Virus record (IMG/VR): IMGVR_UViG_3300021420_000044
Coordinates: 1 to 54,422 of that record
DNA: 54,422 bases
Source of the DNA: a virus
Taxonomy: Duplodnaviria; Caudoviricetes
Direction: 5' to 3' (one strand)
This document shows, piece after piece, positions 51,557-54,422 of the stretch. Both the position numbers and the translations under genes were made by a program. Position 1 is the stretch's first letter. Every line of letters begins with the position of its first letter. The notes beneath the pieces are model-generated. The model made no database searches and was not told where the DNA came from. It saw only the letters and a program-made list of their open reading frames with translations.

Positions 51557-54422
51557 CTAGTTCCTTCCTACGCACCCATAATCAATCACGTCACTCGCGC
51601 CGGGAGTAGTGAACGTCACTGAAGCGACTCCAGTGTAGGTGACTTTGATTCCGCCTGCGGTGGTTTCATCCGACGCCCAACACACAGGATGGGAGGCGTA
51701 CGTTCCCAAGAATGCGTAGGTCACCGTGCTTCCAGAAGCGGTCAACGTACCACCCATGTCTGTGTTAGCAGCTAAACCTGTGCCGATTCCACCAGGACTC
51801 TCTAGCCCGCCAGGAACGTAGAACTCCAAGCCCCTACTGAGAGACGCAGAGCCAAGCACAACATTGAATTTGTCGTCCTGCATGAGATTGAAATTGCCCG
51901 ATGTAGACGCCACGGAGTTGAACGTCTGTCCGCCATCTGCCGCCGCTCCCTCTCGCACTCCGCAAGCTAACGTGGACGGTCCAGAGACTCCCAAGAAAAC
52001 ACCATTCCTGACCAGACTGTAGGTGCCAACCTTTATGGCGCAATCTGTGCTCTGCTCGCCGTGGAACGACACTACGACTGGATTGTTCACGCCATCAATC
52101 ACCAGTCCAGCAGTCATGCGGCCTGGATTAGCACTGCCCTGCGCTGTGTTCGATAGCAGGCGATGAGGCCCGTCCGCCTGTGGCCCGTTGTTGTAGCCCG
52201 TATTCCCGCCACCGCTTGCCACCACTGCCGTAACTACGTTCGTCTGCGAGATGCCATTAATCGTTCGTGAGCCGACCGTGACTGTACAGGTAGCTCCTGA
52301 TACCAGAGCACCGCCGTAGGTCGATGGCGCTCCGTAAATCGTGCAAGTCGGAGGAGTGACGTTGCATCCCCCTGAGCCTGCCGTATTGCCGTTGCCATCG
52401 TTGCCGACTCCAATTGAAGTGATAGCCCCTGTGCTCACGCCCACCACGTATGCGGTCGGTTGCACGGCACACGACCCTTGCGTCATCACTACCGTATCGC
52501 TGGCCCCTTCAATGACAATGCCGTTTACCGGAGCAGACGCTACAGGGTCAACCGTGGCCTTCGTATTGATGTGCAAATCTTCGGCTGAGAAGTGAGTCGG
52601 CCCAGAGGCAGAGGTTGGAGCTTCTGTCCGGTCCCAGAACACTGCTGCCGCATTCGCTGGCACCGTAGCGTTGATGGAGCCAATATCACCGAACGCAATT
52701 CCAGTGTACTTGCAGCCTTCTTGGCAGTTCATGTTGTAGATACCGAAGGCGTTGTTGTTGCCGCCGAGCGAGACTTTGATTTCCGGCCCAAGAATGTGAC
52801 GGAAAGAATCAGTCTGCCAGCCTACCCCGAACGACCCGCCACTCTGCGCTCCATCACAAATCAAGCAAGCATAAGTTCCAGCCGCGTAAGGACCGTGCTG
52901 GATGGTAAACGTCAGTTGGTTGGTAGCATTCGGGAAACGTGGGACTGTGACTCCCCCCACACTGCAATTCGTAGTCACCCAAGTAGGCGCAGCAGGGCCG
53001 CACGCCTGAATCAACGTGCCAGTAATATTCGCTGGCCCTGAAGCAGCCCCTGACCCGTACATCTGAAACGCTACCTGCGGAGTTGACCACGGCACGCTCG
53101 ACACAATCTGTGCCGCTCCAAGCATCAACGTCAACGGCTTATTGCATCCCGCAAACGGGTCAGAATTGCACGCCTGCGGTCCAGAGAAGCCACGAGCATC
53201 AATGGTTCCGCCAGAGGAAGGCAGTTTGGCCGTACAAGCATTGTTAATCTTGGCGCACATATCAGCGCCCGTAGCCCCTAGAGCATCCACGAAGCCGCTG
53301 GAGCCGAATCCGGTACATAGCCCTACGCACGTTGCCCCGCCATTCAGTGTTACTGCACCACCAAACTGATTTTTGGCCGTTCCTGCCTCAAATATCCCCC
53401 AAGGGTCGGCATTCGATGCGCCAATCGTCTGGTCAGCTATGTACATCCCGTAATGATGGCTGACCGTGCCTAACGAGGCGTTGGGCGAGGCCGCATAGAA
53501 ATCGGCGTCATTTGTCGTCGTACATCCCGAACAAGTGTTGTTTAGGGTTGCTCCGTAGACTGCCGCATTCGTTGTTACGGTATGGTCCTTAGTCTGGGAT
53601 AGGAAATTGCCTCCAGTCTGAAGCGTGACCGCAGAAGTGCTGGCCGAGCCTCCAAAGCCAGAAATGACTTCTACTCCATTCATTCCACTGACAGTTGCAT
53701 TGATATTGTTCTGGGCAGTGAACAGCCCTCCATCAAGTGTCCCAATCGCGGTTGCTGTCGAGCCAAGGCTTGAGACTTTGCCGTTTACTCCGACCATTCG
53801 ATTGGTGGTGTTCGTTGTGGTCTGGTCCTGAAAGATAAACAGACTCCCGTAGCAATCCTGTGCCGAACAGTCAGTCTGCGTGGAAATCGCTTCGAGCGTG
53901 GCGTGATTCGCATTGTCTGTGCCTCCACCTGATGCTCCGTTAAACAGGCCAAACCCGAACTCAAGCGAGTACGTATTGTCATCTTGGAAACGACGCCCAC
54001 TCGCACCTGTATCCGTAAATGGCGAGTTCCCCAAAACTGTTGCGCTCGTCCATTCTGGAAGCAGGGTAGCCGTACCGCTGCCTGTGATGCCTGTCCCTCC
54101 CGCTTCAGCTAAATCCTTGCATACCCCGCTCGCGCCGTGACACTGAGCCAGAAAGCCGTCATTCTGGATGCACAGCCCTGTGTAGCCTGAAACAAGGCCG
54201 CCAGGAAGGAACGTAGAGGTAAACGTCGCTACCGTGCAGGCAGGAATCGGAATCTGTGATGCCATCTGGTACGGCCCGTTAAACTGCTGGAAGCCGGTAA
54301 TGAGTTGGTTCTGGACCGTTTCGGTATGCGTCCCTGAATTGAACGAGTACGTGCTGTCCGCTCCAAACGCTCCAAGATTCCTAAACTGCACTTCTGTAGT
54401 TGAGCCAGCAGGCGAGCCACTG
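51557..54422 (-). CDS. 3' part of the junction-spanning fibre/tailspike-like protein (starts at 847)
   Basis: G/T/S/A-rich; GADMCAKINNAC..LP..GGTIDARG tailspike-like start; open reading continues through the terminal repeat. Confidence 0.85.
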   Translation of the reverse strand, partial: SGSPAGSTTEVQFRNLGAFGADSTYSFNSGTHTETVQNQLITGFQQFNGPYQMASQIPIPACTVATFTSTFLPGGLVSGYTGLCIQNDGFLAQCHGASGVCKDLAEAGGTGITGSGTATLLPEWTSATVLGNSPFTDTGASGRRFQDDNTYSLEFGFGLFNGASGGGTDNANHATLEAISTQTDCSAQDCYGSLFIFQDQTTTNTTNRMVGVNGKVSSLGSTATAIGTLDGGLFTAQNNINATVSGMNGVEVISGFGGSASTSAVTLQTGGNFLSQTKDHTVTTNAAVYGATLNNTCSGCTTTNDADFYAASPNASLGTVSHHYGMYIADQTIGASNADPWGIFEAGTAKNQFGGAVTLNGGATCVGLCTGFGSSGFVDALGATGADMCAKINNACTAKLPSSGGTIDARGFSGPQACNSDPFAGCNKPLTLMLGAAQIVSSVPWSTPQVAFQMYGSGAASGPANITGTLIQACGPAAPTWVTTNCSVGGVTVPRFPNATNQLTFTIQHGPYAAGTYACLICDGAQSGGSFGVGWQTDSFRHILGPEIKVSLGGNNNAFGIYNMNCQEGCKYTGIAFGDIGSINATVPANAAAVFWDRTEAPTSASGPTHFSAEDLHINTKATVDPVASAPVNGIVIEGASDTVVMTQGSCAVQPTAYVVGVSTGAITSIGVGNDGNGNTAGSGGCNVTPPTCTIYGAPSTYGGALVSGATCTVTVGSRTINGISQTNVVTAVVASGGGNTGYNNGPQADGPHRLLSNTAQGSANPGRMTAGLVIDGVNNPVVVSFHGEQSTDCAIKVGTYSLVRNGVFLGVSGPSTLACGVREGAAADGGQTFNSVASTSGNFNLMQDDKFNVVLGSASLSRGLEFYVPGGLESPGGIGTGLAANTDMGGTLTASGSTVTYAFLGTYASHPVCWASDETTAGGIKVTYTGVASVTFTTPGASDVIDYGCVGRN
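54283..54422. repeat. Terminal direct repeat / circular-assembly overlap, copy 2
   Basis: Matches 1-140 with 2 mismatches. Confidence 0.97.

Noticed and set aside
44631-54140. Many plus-strand ORFs opposite the fibre genes
   Set aside because: Typical antisense frames of G/T/A-rich genes; no RBS or recognisable motifs.
1-54422. Diversity-generating retroelement, CRISPR array, tRNA, integrase, polymerase
   Set aside because: No reverse-transcriptase motif, TR/VR pair, regular repeat-spacer array, cloverleaf, recombinase or polymerase motifs recognised by eye; a tRNAscan/HMM run is needed to exclude them fully.
1-54422. Alternative genetic code / stop-codon recoding
   Set aside because: Large genes are intact in the standard code, and TAA, TAG and TGA all end coupled genes.

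Overview
The window looks like a complete, circularly permuted dsDNA tailed-phage genome of about 54,282 bp. Positions 1-140 repeat at 54283-54422 with 2 mismatches, and one gene runs across the junction. Gene order is podovirus-like and almost entirely on the minus strand: recombination/replication (RHH regulator, Sak4-like ATPase, PD-(D/E)XK nuclease, RusA, C5-methyltransferase-like protein, initiator with internal iterons); a divergent plus-strand early block (30883-33578); GIY-YIG, RodZ-like, FkbM and glycosyltransferase genes; intein-containing TerL, portal, scaffold and major capsid protein with a free-standing LAGLIDADG gene; adaptor, nozzle and ejection proteins; a fibre block; and lysis genes. 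I recognised no integrase, DNA/RNA polymerase, tRNA or CRISPR. Two features stand out. (1) The ~14 kb fibre/receptor-binding block consists of six consecutive genes that all begin with Sec-type signal peptides (five with Gln at +1) and encode Cys-containing proteins, suggesting exported, periplasm-matured virion appendages. (2) Six tiny Arg/Lys-rich protamine-like genes, below the ORF-track cutoff but with good ribosome-binding sites, are interleaved among the head genes. All functional calls come from motif recognition by eye and gene context, with no database search; the host (diderm, possibly Acidobacteriota-like) is a guess.
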